Translations under genes and position numbers: made by a program
The notes under the pieces: generated by a model
What the model was told of the DNA's origin: nothing
The model's input: only the letters and a program-made list of their open reading frames with translations
Database searches by the model: none
Shown: in pieces, positions 1 to 9,506 of the stretch
Position numbering within the stretch: position 1 is the first letter of the stretch
Layout of the letters: every line of letters begins with the position of its first letter
Source of the DNA: Pelagibacterales bacterium SAG-MED47
GTDB taxonomy: Bacteria > Pseudomonadota > Alphaproteobacteria > Pelagibacterales > Pelagibacteraceae
DNA length: 64,000 bases
Reading direction: 5' to 3'
Assembly (NCBI GenBank): GCA_014653355.1
Contig: JACWEO010000001.1
Span: forward strand, 12,912 to 76,911

Positions 1-1177
1 CAATCTCCTCAGATATCTCAGACTTTTTTTTAAACGAAAGTTTTTCCTTTTTATTTTCAGAGTCTCTAAAATAAATAATTACTTCATTGTAGTCAGAGTC
101 AAAACCAATATTTTTTTTAGATACATCATTACCTATAATCCAGTCACAATTTTTATTCTTGAGTTTAGAGATTGCGTTTTTATTTAGATCATTTGTTTCA
201 GCGGAAAAGCCAATTACTAATTTTGGCCTCATAGAATTGTGATTTGAAACATAGTTCAATATGTCTATATTTTCCTCTAAATTTAAGGTCATACTTTTTT
301 TTTTTTTTATTTTATCTACACTTTGTTCACTTATTTTATAATCAGCTACAGCTGCAGTAAATACAGCTATATCGGTTGGTAAATTTTGTTGAGTAGCTTT
401 GAACATTTCTTCAGTAGTTTCAACCTTAATTAAATTTATATCATCGTCAATTTCTAAATTTGTCGGTCCAGATATTAGTGTAGTATTAAAACCTCTTTTA
501 GACAAAGATTTTGCTATTTCGTATCCCTGTTTTCCGCTTGATTTATTTGTTATAAATCTTACGGGATCAATGTATTCTTTAGTTGGCCCTGCAGTGACTA
601 AAGCTTTAACTCTTCTATTTTTTGTTTGATTATTCAAAAAATTATATATTCTCTCGAAAATATCTGCAGGCTCAGACATTTTTCCCTCACCATATTCACC
701 ACAAGCCATATCACCTGTTACAGGGCCAATAAGTTTGTAGCCGTAATTTTTCAAAATTTTTAGATTGTTTCTTGTTGATTGATGTTCCCACATTCTCACA
801 TTCATTGCTGGAGCTAAAAATACTTGTTTGTTAGAAGCTAAAATAACTGTGGATGCTAAATCTTCAGATGTGCCCTGACTTAATTTTGAAATAGTATTTG
901 CTGTGGTTGGGACTACTAGAATAACATCTGCCCATCTTGATAACTTAATATGATCCATTTCCGACTCATTTTCTAAACTAAAAAGATTATCGTAGACTTT
1001 TCCTTGAGATAAAGAAGCAACAGATAAAGGGGTTACAAATTCTTTAGCACTTTTGGTTAGAATAGTTTTGATCTCTGCATTATTTTTCTTGAATAATCTT
1101 ACTATATCAAGACTTTTGTATGCAGATATTCCACCACAAATTATAAACAAAATTTTTTTGTTTGTTAAATCTTTCAT
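1..1177 (-). CDS. coaBC: Bifunctional phosphopantothenoylcysteine decarboxylase/ligase (3' end runs off the window; absent from the ORF track)
   Basis: Manual translation from ATG at 1177: MKDLTNKKILFIICGGISAYKS...APAMNVRMW...MACGEYGEGKM...VTAGPTKEYIDPVRFITNKSSGKQG. The frame stays open to the window edge. Confidence 0.95.
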   Translation of the reverse strand, partial: MKDLTNKKILFIICGGISAYKSLDIVRLFKKNNAEIKTILTKSAKEFVTPLSVASLSQGKVYDNLFSLENESEMDHIKLSRWADVILVVPTTANTISKLSQGTSEDLASTVILASNKQVFLAPAMNVRMWEHQSTRNNLKILKNYGYKLIGPVTGDMACGEYGEGKMSEPADIFERIYNFLNNQTKNRRVKALVTAGPTKEYIDPVRFITNKSSGKQGYEIAKSLSKRGFNTTLISGPTNLEIDDDINLIKVETTEEMFKATQQNLPTDIAVFTAAVADYKISEQSVDKIKKKKSMTLNLEENIDILNYVSNHNSMRPKLVIGFSAETNDLNKNAISKLKNKNCDWIIGNDVSKKNIGFDSDYNEVIIYFRDSENKKEKLSFKKKSEISEEI

Positions 1178-1185
1178 CGAATGAA

Positions 1186-2766
1186 TTAAAATACTAATAG
1201 ACCAAAAATTACAAGGATTAATAAACCAATAATAGATTGGTTTCTAAAAGCTATCATTTCTGTTTTTTTGGTATTTAAAGCTGTATAAGAATTTGAATTC
1301 TGTGGAATTTGCCCACTAGCTAAATAAGTAAGTGCTTGATTTGCCTTATCCATAATTTCAGGGAATTCAGGTAATCTTTTTATAACTTCTGAGGTATTCT
1401 TAAGTGTTTCATTAAGAGTTGTCATTGGATCTTTAGTTTCTTTAAGCCAGCTTTCAAGAATAGGTTTTGATGTTGTCCAAATATTTGTATTTGGATTTAA
1501 TTTTCTTGCTACCCCTTCTACGACAACCATTGTTTTTTGTAACATTAAAAGCTGGGGTTGAGTTTGCATATTAAATTTTTCAGTAACATCAAAAAGTTGT
1601 TTTAACAATTTTCCACCAGAAATATCTTTAACTGCTTGACCAAAAATTGGTTCACCAATTGATCTCAATGCTTGGGCGAGGTCATCAATTGGGACATTAT
1701 TAGGAACTAATCCAGCAATTAAGTGTACTTCTGCAACCTTTTTATAGTCTCTTTGTATAAAACCAAATAATATTTCAGCTAAAAACCTTTTGCTCATTTT
1801 ATCAAGTCTTCCCATTATTCCAAAATCAATTGGAACAATATGGCCATTATTATCTATAAATATATTTCCTTGGTGCATATCTGCGTGAAAAAAACCATCT
1901 CTGACAGCATGTCGAAGAAAGTTCTGAATTATATCCTCAGCAATTTTTTCAGTATTAAAGGTTCTTTTTTTAAGTTCGTCTGTTTCTCTTATAGAGACCC
2001 CATCAACCCAATCAAGGGTCATTACATTTTCACTTGTAAAATTCCAGTATATTTGGGGAACTCTAAAACCAACATCATTTTTAGTGTTTTCAGCATACTC
2101 ATTTGCTGCAGCAGCTTCAAATCTGAGATCCATTTCAAGATTCGTAATTTCTTTTAATAAAAAGACAACTTCTACTAATTTAAGTCTTTTAGTTTTTTTG
2201 ATGAAAGATTCTACTAAAAAAGCAAACAACATAATTGCATCTATTTCTTCGTTAAATATTTTTTTTATATCAGGTCTTAAAATTTTAATTGCCACATCTT
2301 TCAATGTTCCGTCATCATTAATTTGAGCTTTATGAACTTGGGCTATAGATGCCGCTGCTACTGGTTCACTTAAATTTATAATAGAGTTATAGGTATCATC
2401 ACCTAGATCATTTTTTATAATTTTTTTTGCATCAACTAATGAAAATGGTGGTAATTTATCTTGAAGATTTTCAAGTTTCTTTGAAAGATCTTCTCCAATT
2501 ATATCCGGTCTAGTAGCTAAAAATTGACCAAGCTTTATAAAAGTTGTTCCCATTGACTCTAGGGAATCAGATAGTCTTTCACCCTCATCTTTCTTTATAT
2601 TATCTTGCTTCTTTGCTGAAAAAGAAAAAGATAAAATTTTAAATAAGATCTTAATTATAATTGGTGGCTTCTTAAATTTGGAAGTTATGTTTAATATATC
2701 CGATTTGGCTACTTTTCTACCAAGTTTAAATAGAGTAATAATTTTTTTAAACATTAAATTTTCCAT
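1186..2766 (-). CDS. ubiB: Ubiquinone biosynthesis atypical kinase UbiB
   Basis: FIKLGQFLATRPD, AAASIAQVH, VAIKILRP, FFHADMHQGN and DFGIMG motifs of the ABC1/UbiB family; adjacent to ubiE. Confidence 0.95.
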   Translation of the reverse strand: MENLMFKKIITLFKLGRKVAKSDILNITSKFKKPPIIIKILFKILSFSFSAKKQDNIKKDEGERLSDSLESMGTTFIKLGQFLATRPDIIGEDLSKKLENLQDKLPPFSLVDAKKIIKNDLGDDTYNSIINLSEPVAAASIAQVHKAQINDDGTLKDVAIKILRPDIKKIFNEEIDAIMLFAFLVESFIKKTKRLKLVEVVFLLKEITNLEMDLRFEAAAANEYAENTKNDVGFRVPQIYWNFTSENVMTLDWVDGVSIRETDELKKRTFNTEKIAEDIIQNFLRHAVRDGFFHADMHQGNIFIDNNGHIVPIDFGIMGRLDKMSKRFLAEILFGFIQRDYKKVAEVHLIAGLVPNNVPIDDLAQALRSIGEPIFGQAVKDISGGKLLKQLFDVTEKFNMQTQPQLLMLQKTMVVVEGVARKLNPNTNIWTTSKPILESWLKETKDPMTTLNETLKNTSEVIKRLPEFPEIMDKANQALTYLASGQIPQNSNSYTALNTKKTEMIAFRNQSIIGLLILVIFGLLVF

Positions 2767-3458
2767 CCGCTGTGTATAGAAACTATTCCACCTGATAAAT
2801 TTCTATATTTACATTTTTTAAAACCATTTTTTTCCATTAAATTGATTAATTCATCTTGATTTATAAAATTTTCGATACTTTTAACTAAGTATTTGTAAGG
2901 TTCACTATCACCAGCAATGATTTTCCCTATGGAAGGTATTAATTTTGAATAATTTTTATAAAATAAATCTAAATTTGTATTTTGTATTTTTGAAAACTCG
3001 AGACAGAGATAACGTCCACCAGGTTTTAAAACTCTAAAAGCCTCAGATAATGTTTTATCTAAATCTTTAGTATTTCTTAAACCAAAACTAATGGTATAAA
3101 AGTCAAATAAACTTTCTGAAACTGGTAATTTCTCAGCTGGAGCAATTACCCAGTTTAAATTTTTAAATTTAACTAGTTTTTCTCTAGCTTTTTGGATCAT
3201 TTTTTTATTAGGATCAACACAAGTAACTTGTGTATCTTTTTTGATATAATTTAAAAAAAGTTTTGCTATATCTCCTGTTCCACAAGCGACATCAATTAAT
3301 TTATGGTTTAATGAAGGATTCATCATGCTTATCAAATGTTTTTTCCATAACCGATGTACGCCTAGCGACATGAAGTCGTTCATCAGATCATACCTGTCAT
3401 AAACCTGATCAAAAACACTTTCTACTAGCCCTTTCTTATTTTGAAGATATTGTTGCAT
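2754..3458 (-). CDS. ubiE: Ubiquinone/menaquinone C-methyltransferase UbiE
   Basis: YDLMNDFMSLGVHRLWK, DVACGTGD, ISFGLRN, RVLKPGG motifs. Confidence 0.95.
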   Translation of the reverse strand: MQQYLQNKKGLVESVFDQVYDRYDLMNDFMSLGVHRLWKKHLISMMNPSLNHKLIDVACGTGDIAKLFLNYIKKDTQVTCVDPNKKMIQKAREKLVKFKNLNWVIAPAEKLPVSESLFDFYTISFGLRNTKDLDKTLSEAFRVLKPGGRYLCLEFSKIQNTNLDLFYKNYSKLIPSIGKIIAGDSEPYKYLVKSIENFINQDELINLMEKNGFKKCKYRNLSGGIVSIHSGWKI

Positions 3459-3489
3459 AAAATTAAATATATATTGAATATAGTATTAA

Positions 3490-4353
3490 ATGCCAGAATT
3501 ACCAGAAGTAGAAGTTGTAAGACAGTCGCTACATAAAAAAATTAAACAAAAAAAGGTAAAAAAAGTAATAATAAGAAATAGAAATTTAAGATTTAAAATT
3601 CCTCTAAATTTAAAAAGTTTTTTGAAAAAACAAACAATAATCAAAGTTGATAGATTTTCTAAATATTTAATCTTACATTTATCAAATAATAGTTTTTGTA
3701 TATTCCATCTTGGAATGTCAGGAACTATTCATTTAATTGAAAAAAACAAAAAGAATATATTTACTAATACAAGTTTTTATAGTTATACCTCTTTACCAAA
3801 AAAACATAATCACATAGAGATAATTTTTGAAGATTTAAGGCTAGTTTATAATGATCCTAGGAGATTTGGTTTCATTGAAATTATTAATAACCCTAACTTG
3901 TTAAAACAAAGATTCTCAAAATTAGGACCAGAACCTTTTAATTTAAAATTTGATTTAAATTACGTTTGTTCTTTTTTAAAAGATAAAAAAAAAAATATTA
4001 AAAATTTTTTATTGGATCAAAATTTTGTATCTGGTATTGGCAATATTTATGCAAGTGAAATTTTATTCTTAAGTAAAATTAATCCTGATTTACAAGCTCG
4101 GTTGTTAAAAAAAGATAAGTGTAAAAGTATCATAATTAATTCAAAGAAAATTCTTTTAGATGCAATTAAAAAAGGTGGATCAAGTATAAGAGATTTCAAG
4201 GGAGTATCAGGTAACAGTGGTAATTTTCAAAAAGAATTCAAAGTTTATGAAAGAGAAGGTTTAAATTGTAAAAGATTAGAATGTCGAGGAATAATTAAAA
4301 AAAAAGTTATTTCAAATAGATCTACCTTCTATTGTAATAATTGCCAAAAATAA
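3490..4353 (+). CDS. mutM: Formamidopyrimidine-DNA glycosylase
   Basis: N-terminal PELPEVE, HLGMSG, DPRRFG, GIGNIYASE and a C-terminal Cys4 zinc finger. Confidence 0.97.
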   Translation: MPELPEVEVVRQSLHKKIKQKKVKKVIIRNRNLRFKIPLNLKSFLKKQTIIKVDRFSKYLILHLSNNSFCIFHLGMSGTIHLIEKNKKNIFTNTSFYSYTSLPKKHNHIEIIFEDLRLVYNDPRRFGFIEIINNPNLLKQRFSKLGPEPFNLKFDLNYVCSFLKDKKKNIKNFLLDQNFVSGIGNIYASEILFLSKINPDLQARLLKKDKCKSIIINSKKILLDAIKKGGSSIRDFKGVSGNSGNFQKEFKVYEREGLNCKRLECRGIIKKKVISNRSTFYCNNCQK

Positions 4354-4365
4354 GAAATTATTTGA

Positions 4366-4394
4366 TTGACCATTATAAATTCTCAAGTTATACC
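4366..4394 (+). promoter_or_regulatory. Putative sigma70 promoter of rpsT (TTGACC-17-TATACC)
   Basis: -35 at 4366-4371, 17-bp spacer, -10 at 4389-4394, then 7 nt before the ATG at 4402. Confidence 0.6.
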
Positions 4395-4401
4395 CCTGCG
4401 A

Positions 4402-4662
4402 ATGGCAAATACTAAATCTGCAATTAAGAGAATAAGAAGGATTTCAAAACAGACAGCTGTAAATAAAGCTAGAAAGAGCAGATACAAGAACGCAATTAAG
4501 AAAATGAATTTGTTGATAGACAGCAAAAAAAAATCAGAAGCCTTAAAATTCTTACCTAAGTTGAATTCCGAGTTAATGAAGGTAGCAAAAACAGGAATAG
4601 TAAAAAAACAAAATGCTGCAAGAAACGTTTCAAGATTTACTAAAAGGATAGCATCAATTTAA
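4402..4662 (+). CDS. rpsT: 30S ribosomal protein S20 (start reassigned from the track's 4366 to the ATG at 4402)
   Basis: MANTKSAIKRIRRISKQTAVNKARKSRYKNAIKK is the S20 N-terminus; lies upstream of dnaA as in other alphaproteobacteria. Confidence 0.96.
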   Translation: MANTKSAIKRIRRISKQTAVNKARKSRYKNAIKKMNLLIDSKKKSEALKFLPKLNSELMKVAKTGIVKKQNAARNVSRFTKRIASI

Positions 4663-4929
4663 ACGTTTAATACCACAGGTTGTTACTCAGATACAACTTC
4701 AGGGTCTACAAAATCTGTACTAATTTTTTTTTAAAATACAATATTTTGATTTAGTAAATAAATAATGAAACATTATTCAATTAAAAATTTTATTTACAAA
4801 AATTATATTTAATTTTTTTTACTAATTAAAAAATTTTTACACAATCCCTGATTTAATTTTTTTTAACCATAATCAATATACTCCTTGCAATAATTTTGTA
4901 TTGGTTCTAACTAATAACTCCTCATATAA

Positions 4930-6354
4930 ATGAATAACACTTATACAAAAAAAAATTTAAATAAAATAGACTCTGAAAAACTTGATTGGACTTTAATTCA
5001 ACAAGAAATGAGAAATAAATTAGGCTCAGACATATATGACAGTTGGTTAAAAAAAATTGATTTTGTAGAGGAATTTAACAATTATTTATTATTATCTGTT
5101 CCAACAAGATTTATCCGCGATTGGATAACATCAAGGTATTTAGATCAGATTTTACAATCCATAAGAAATTACAGAAAACAAATTATCAGAATAGAGTTTA
5201 AAATAATTGAACAAAACTCAAAAAATACTCAAAATGAAATTCATGTAAAAAATCTAGACAATATTGAGAACATTTCTTTTATTAAGGACTCTCATCTTCA
5301 ATATAGCCGTATAGATCCAAATAAAAGATTTGATAATTTTATAACAAGTTCAAGTAATAAATTGGCCTTTGAAGCCTCTCTTAAAGTATCAGAAAATATA
5401 TCATATTATAACCCGCTATACATATATGGCGGTGTTGGAATGGGAAAAACTCATCTTTTAAATTCAATTGGTTTTGAGTTGAAAAAAAATAAAAAAGTCA
5501 TGTTTATTTCAGCAGAACGATTTATGTACCAGTTTGTCAAATCAATAAAAGCTAACGATATGGTTAAATTTAAAGAGTATTTTAGAAATACAGATATTTT
5601 ACTAATTGATGATATTCAGTTTATGAATGGTAAGGAAGCCATGCAGGAAGAATTTTTTCATACCTTTAATGCTTTATTAGACAAAGGTTCCCAAATAATT
5701 CTCTCTGCAGACAGAGCCCCAAATAAATTGACGAGAATACAAGAAAGAATTAAATCAAGATTTTCTGGTGGGTTGGTTGTTGACATTCAAAAACCTGATT
5801 ATGAACTTAGAAAAAAAATTGTTGAAATGAAAACTGAGGAATTAAAAAACTTATACCCCGATCAATTAAAAACACCCATAACCAAAGAAATACAAAATTT
5901 TATCAGCACGGAAATAAATACAAGTGTAAGAGAATTAGTTGGTGCAATTAATCGAATAGTCTCTTTTTTTAGAGTTTATAATAAAATGCCAAATTTAACA
6001 GAAACAAAAATAGTATTAAAAGATTTATTAAATTTAGCAGAAAACAAAGTAACAATTGATTTGATACAAACAATAGTATGTAAATATTACAAAATTAGTA
6101 AAAATGAGATGTTATCTTCTAGAAGATCCAGATATTTAGTAAGGCCAAGACAAGTTGCGATATATCTTACAAAAATTTTGACCTCTAAATCATTGCCTGA
6201 AATTGGTCGGGAATTTTCAAATAGAGATCACACTACAATAATCCATTCAGTAAAGACTATTGAAAAATTAAAAGATAATGACAATGAAATGGTTGATAAT
6301 ATTAATAAATTAAAAAATCAGATATTATATAATAATAAGGATAATGAAATTTAA
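4930..6354 (+). CDS. dnaA: Chromosomal replication initiator DnaA
   Basis: YNPLYIYGGVGMGKTHLL, LLIDDIQF, QEEFFHTFN, SLPEIGREF and RDHTTIIH motifs. Confidence 0.98.
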   Translation: MNNTYTKKNLNKIDSEKLDWTLIQQEMRNKLGSDIYDSWLKKIDFVEEFNNYLLLSVPTRFIRDWITSRYLDQILQSIRNYRKQIIRIEFKIIEQNSKNTQNEIHVKNLDNIENISFIKDSHLQYSRIDPNKRFDNFITSSSNKLAFEASLKVSENISYYNPLYIYGGVGMGKTHLLNSIGFELKKNKKVMFISAERFMYQFVKSIKANDMVKFKEYFRNTDILLIDDIQFMNGKEAMQEEFFHTFNALLDKGSQIILSADRAPNKLTRIQERIKSRFSGGLVVDIQKPDYELRKKIVEMKTEELKNLYPDQLKTPITKEIQNFISTEINTSVRELVGAINRIVSFFRVYNKMPNLTETKIVLKDLLNLAENKVTIDLIQTIVCKYYKISKNEMLSSRRSRYLVRPRQVAIYLTKILTSKSLPEIGREFSNRDHTTIIHSVKTIEKLKDNDNEMVDNINKLKNQILYNNKDNEI

Positions 6355-7456
6355 CGTAAACCAACAAGACCTCCAACAGGCATTAAGCTACTGCCAAGGT
6401 GTTATAGAAAAAAGAAGTACTCTTCCAATACTATCAAATATACTTTTAGAAGCCAAAGAATCTAGATTAACAATAACAGCAACTGATTTAGATTTAATTT
6501 TTATTCATCAGATAGATAACATTGAAGTTTTAGAGGAGGGAAAAACTACAACAACATCATCGATAATGTACGATATTGTAAGAAAGTTTTCGTCTGGGAA
6601 AAAAATTAATTTAACTCTAACAGATTCTAGCAAATTACACCTTGAGTCTGAGAAATCAAATTTTAATCTTAATTGTATAAGTTCTTCTGAGTTTCCTCTT
6701 ACTGATGAGAATTTTAGTGAGAATGAATTCTCAATTAAATCAAAGCAACTTTTAAAACTATTAAATAAATGTAAGTTTTCTGTATCTAATGACGAAACGA
6801 GACACTATCTAAGTGGGATATATATTCATCAAACAGAGGTTGAGGATAAAAATTATTTGACTGCTGTTGCAACAGATAGTCACAGAATGTCTATATCAAA
6901 AATAAGGTTAGATAAAAAAATAGAATTTGATCCTGTAATATTGCCTAAAAAAACAATATTTCAATTATGTTCTTTATTGGACAATTATGATGGATTAATT
7001 AAGATTTCAAATATTAAATCAAAAATAAAGTTTGAGTTGAATAAAAGTATTTTAATTTCTAAGTTGATCGATGGGAAGTTTCCTAACTATATTCAAGTTA
7101 TACCAAAAAATAACCAAAAGAAACTAGACATTGATTTAAAAATTTTTTTAGACTCTGTTGATAGAGTTGCCTCAGTCTCATTAGACAAAAAAGATGGAGT
7201 AAAGTTTAATTTATCAAAAGAAACTTTAAATTTATCAGTCAATAATACAAATAGTGGAGATGGCAAGGAAACTATATCTGTAAAATTTGATCATGACTTA
7301 GAAATTAGTTTTAATTCTAAGTATTTAATTGATGTTGCTTCACAAATTGATGGAGAAAAAATAGAATTATTTTTTAATGATTCTGGTTCACCTGTGTTAA
7401 TCAAAGATCCAGGTGATTTTGATAGTATATTTGTAGTAATGCCAATGAAAGGTTAA
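6344..7456 (+). CDS. dnaN: DNA polymerase III beta sliding clamp
   Basis: TLPILSNIL, ATDLD, NDETRHYLSG, ATDSHR, KLIDGKFPNY, VVMPM; follows dnaA. Confidence 0.97.
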   Translation: MKFNVNQQDLQQALSYCQGVIEKRSTLPILSNILLEAKESRLTITATDLDLIFIHQIDNIEVLEEGKTTTTSSIMYDIVRKFSSGKKINLTLTDSSKLHLESEKSNFNLNCISSSEFPLTDENFSENEFSIKSKQLLKLLNKCKFSVSNDETRHYLSGIYIHQTEVEDKNYLTAVATDSHRMSISKIRLDKKIEFDPVILPKKTIFQLCSLLDNYDGLIKISNIKSKIKFELNKSILISKLIDGKFPNYIQVIPKNNQKKLDIDLKIFLDSVDRVASVSLDKKDGVKFNLSKETLNLSVNNTNSGDGKETISVKFDHDLEISFNSKYLIDVASQIDGEKIELFFNDSGSPVLIKDPGDFDSIFVVMPMKG

Positions 7457-8154
7457 TTTAATAAGTTGAGTTCAGAATAAATCTCATTTTCTAACATCTC
7501 AATAAATTTATCTTTTGAAATTCCAGGAGTTATAGGTTTTAAAATAGAAATAGTAATAGTTTTGTTACTATGTTTTTGTCCTTTCTTGGGCCAAACGTAA
7601 CCAGAATTAATTGCAACTGGTTGGCACGAAATATTCAAATTATCATAAATTCGAAACACACCTTTTTTGAATGGTGGTCTTTCATTAGGCAAAACTCTTG
7701 TACCTTGAGGAAAAATTATCAGTGGTCGATTAGAATTTACGATTATTCTAGAAATGTTTTTAAAAAAATCTAAATTATCTTTTGATACTTTATTTCTTTT
7801 TATTGAAATAGATCCAATTTTTTTTAAATACCATCCAAAAATAGGAACTAATAGCAATTCTTTTTTTAGAATAAATACTGGTGAGTTAAAAATAGTTTGT
7901 AGATAAAATGTTTCAAACATTGATTGATGTGACGAAGCTATAAAAAATTTATCATTTTTAATAATATTTTCTTTCCCTTTTACTACTATTTTAATTGACA
8001 AAAAAAATTTCAAACAAATCTGAGTCCAGTAACCCATTAATTTACCTCCTATTAAAACATATTTTTGTGGTAAAAAAAATGAAGGTATGAAAATCAATGA
8101 AATAATTATTATTCCAACAAAAAAGAAAATTGAAAATATTTTATCTCTAAACAT
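7453..8154 (-). CDS. plsC: 1-acyl-sn-glycerol-3-phosphate acyltransferase (PlsC family)
   Basis: SHQSMFET (HX4E variant of HX4D), FILKKEL and IFPQGTR blocks. Confidence 0.8.
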   Translation of the reverse strand: MFRDKIFSIFFFVGIIIISLIFIPSFFLPQKYVLIGGKLMGYWTQICLKFFLSIKIVVKGKENIIKNDKFFIASSHQSMFETFYLQTIFNSPVFILKKELLLVPIFGWYLKKIGSISIKRNKVSKDNLDFFKNISRIIVNSNRPLIIFPQGTRVLPNERPPFKKGVFRIYDNLNISCQPVAINSGYVWPKKGQKHSNKTITISILKPITPGISKDKFIEMLENEIYSELNLLN

Positions 8155-8166
8155 TACTATTTAAAG

Positions 8167-9381
8167 TTACATTAAATCTTTTAGGTTTTGTCTTTTTCTT
8201 ATAACTCTAATTTTAGTTCCTTTTATTAATAATTCTATAGCTTTAGGTCTTACATTGTAATTTGAACTTAAGGACATTCCGTATGCTCCTACATCACAAA
8301 TAGCGATAAGATCTTTTTCCTTTAATTCCTGAAATTTTTTTAAAGTACTAAATTTATCTGTAGTTTCGCAAATAGGTCCAACAAACTCATAAATTTTATT
8401 TGAATTTTTTCTTTTCTTTAAAAAGGGTAATATCTTATGTTTTGCACCATACAAAGCAGGTCTTATAAGATCATTCATTGCTGAGTCTAAAACAATAAAA
8501 TTTTTTCTCTCGCTATTTTTAATATAAACTACTTTAGTAAGTAAAATACCTGTGTTACCGATAATACTTCTTCCTGGTTCAAATATAATTTTTGATTGAT
8601 GTTTTTTTAAGAATTTTTTTATTGCAATATTATATTTTTCAAAATTAAGTTTGTTATCACTATTATTATAGGAAATTCCCATACCCCCACCTAAATCAAT
8701 ATACTCAAAATTGTATTTTATTTTATTTAAAATTTTACTTAATATATTAAGCATTTTTTCGTAAGGCTTATGATCTAAGATTTGACTTCCAATATGAACA
8801 CTAAGACATTTTAGAACTATATTATTAGATTTTTTACAAAATTTTACCAGTTCGACAAATGTTTTACCATTGACTCCAAATTTATTTTCTTTTTTTCCAG
8901 TAGAAATTTGACTTAGAGTTTTAGCGTCTGTATTGGGATTTAGTCTTATTCCGATGTTTACTTTCTTTTTTTTTATTTTTGCAATTCTTTCAATTTCATT
9001 AATTTCACTATGTGACTCTGCATTTATGAGAAGTATTTTTTTTTCAATAGCGTAGGCTATTTCTTTTGATGTTTTACCTACACCAGAAAAAACAATCTTT
9101 TTTGGATTTATACCTGCTTTGAGAGCCATCATAAGTTCACCCGCAGAAACAACATCAGCTCCTAAACCAAACTTTTTAATTTCTTTAATCAAATTTACAT
9201 TTGTATTTGATTTAATAGCAAAACATATCAATGGTGAGAACGACTTAAAATTTTTTTCAAAATCGATTATATTTTTTTTTAATTGACTGTAGGAATAGAC
9301 ATATGAGGGTGTTCCATAGTTTTTTGCAATTTTATCTAACCCAACATTTTCAATTCTAAGTTTATTATTAATATATCTCAT
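8167..9381 (-). CDS. lysA: Diaminopimelate decarboxylase
   Basis: YGTPSYVYS, FAIKSN (PLP Lys), HIGSQI, DLGGG, EPGR, GPICETTD, GAYGMS. Confidence 0.96.
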   Translation of the reverse strand: MRYINNKLRIENVGLDKIAKNYGTPSYVYSYSQLKKNIIDFEKNFKSFSPLICFAIKSNTNVNLIKEIKKFGLGADVVSAGELMMALKAGINPKKIVFSGVGKTSKEIAYAIEKKILLINAESHSEINEIERIAKIKKKKVNIGIRLNPNTDAKTLSQISTGKKENKFGVNGKTFVELVKFCKKSNNIVLKCLSVHIGSQILDHKPYEKMLNILSKILNKIKYNFEYIDLGGGMGISYNNSDNKLNFEKYNIAIKKFLKKHQSKIIFEPGRSIIGNTGILLTKVVYIKNSERKNFIVLDSAMNDLIRPALYGAKHKILPFLKKRKNSNKIYEFVGPICETTDKFSTLKKFQELKEKDLIAICDVGAYGMSLSSNYNVRPKAIELLIKGTKIRVIRKRQNLKDLM

Positions 9382-9506
9382 TAAAGTATATAAATATTTT
9401 GAATTTTAGTCTCTTTTCTAGATTCTTTGTATATTGGATCACTTTTTTTTCCACATGAGATTACCACACAAGATAATATTAAAGTAAAAATAATTTTTTT
9501 AATCAT
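9381..9506 (-). CDS. Small lipoprotein, LptM/YifL(LppL)-like, 41 aa (absent from the ORF track)
   Basis: MIKKIIFTLILSCVVISCGKKSDPIYKESRKETKIQNIYIL*: basic N-terminus, hydrophobic core, lipobox VISC then GKK. Overlaps the argH stop (ATGA) and the lysA start (TAATG). Confidence 0.85.
   Translation of the reverse strand: MIKKIIFTLILSCVVISCGKKSDPIYKESRKETKIQNIYIL

Noticed and set aside
4853-4867. CtrA site upstream of dnaA
   Set aside because: TTAA-N6-TTAAC has the wrong spacing (consensus N7), and TTAA is very common in this composition.
4663-4929. oriC in the rpsT-dnaA spacer
   Set aside because: AT-rich, but I found no perfect DnaA box (TTATCCACA), only one-mismatch-type sites such as TTTTACACA. 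Alphaproteobacterial origins are often unlinked to dnaA. GC-skew analysis of the whole genome would be needed.
7560-7935. PlsC HX4E motif as a sign of inactivation
   Set aside because: HQSxxET is a recurring variant in this acyltransferase subfamily, and the other blocks are intact.
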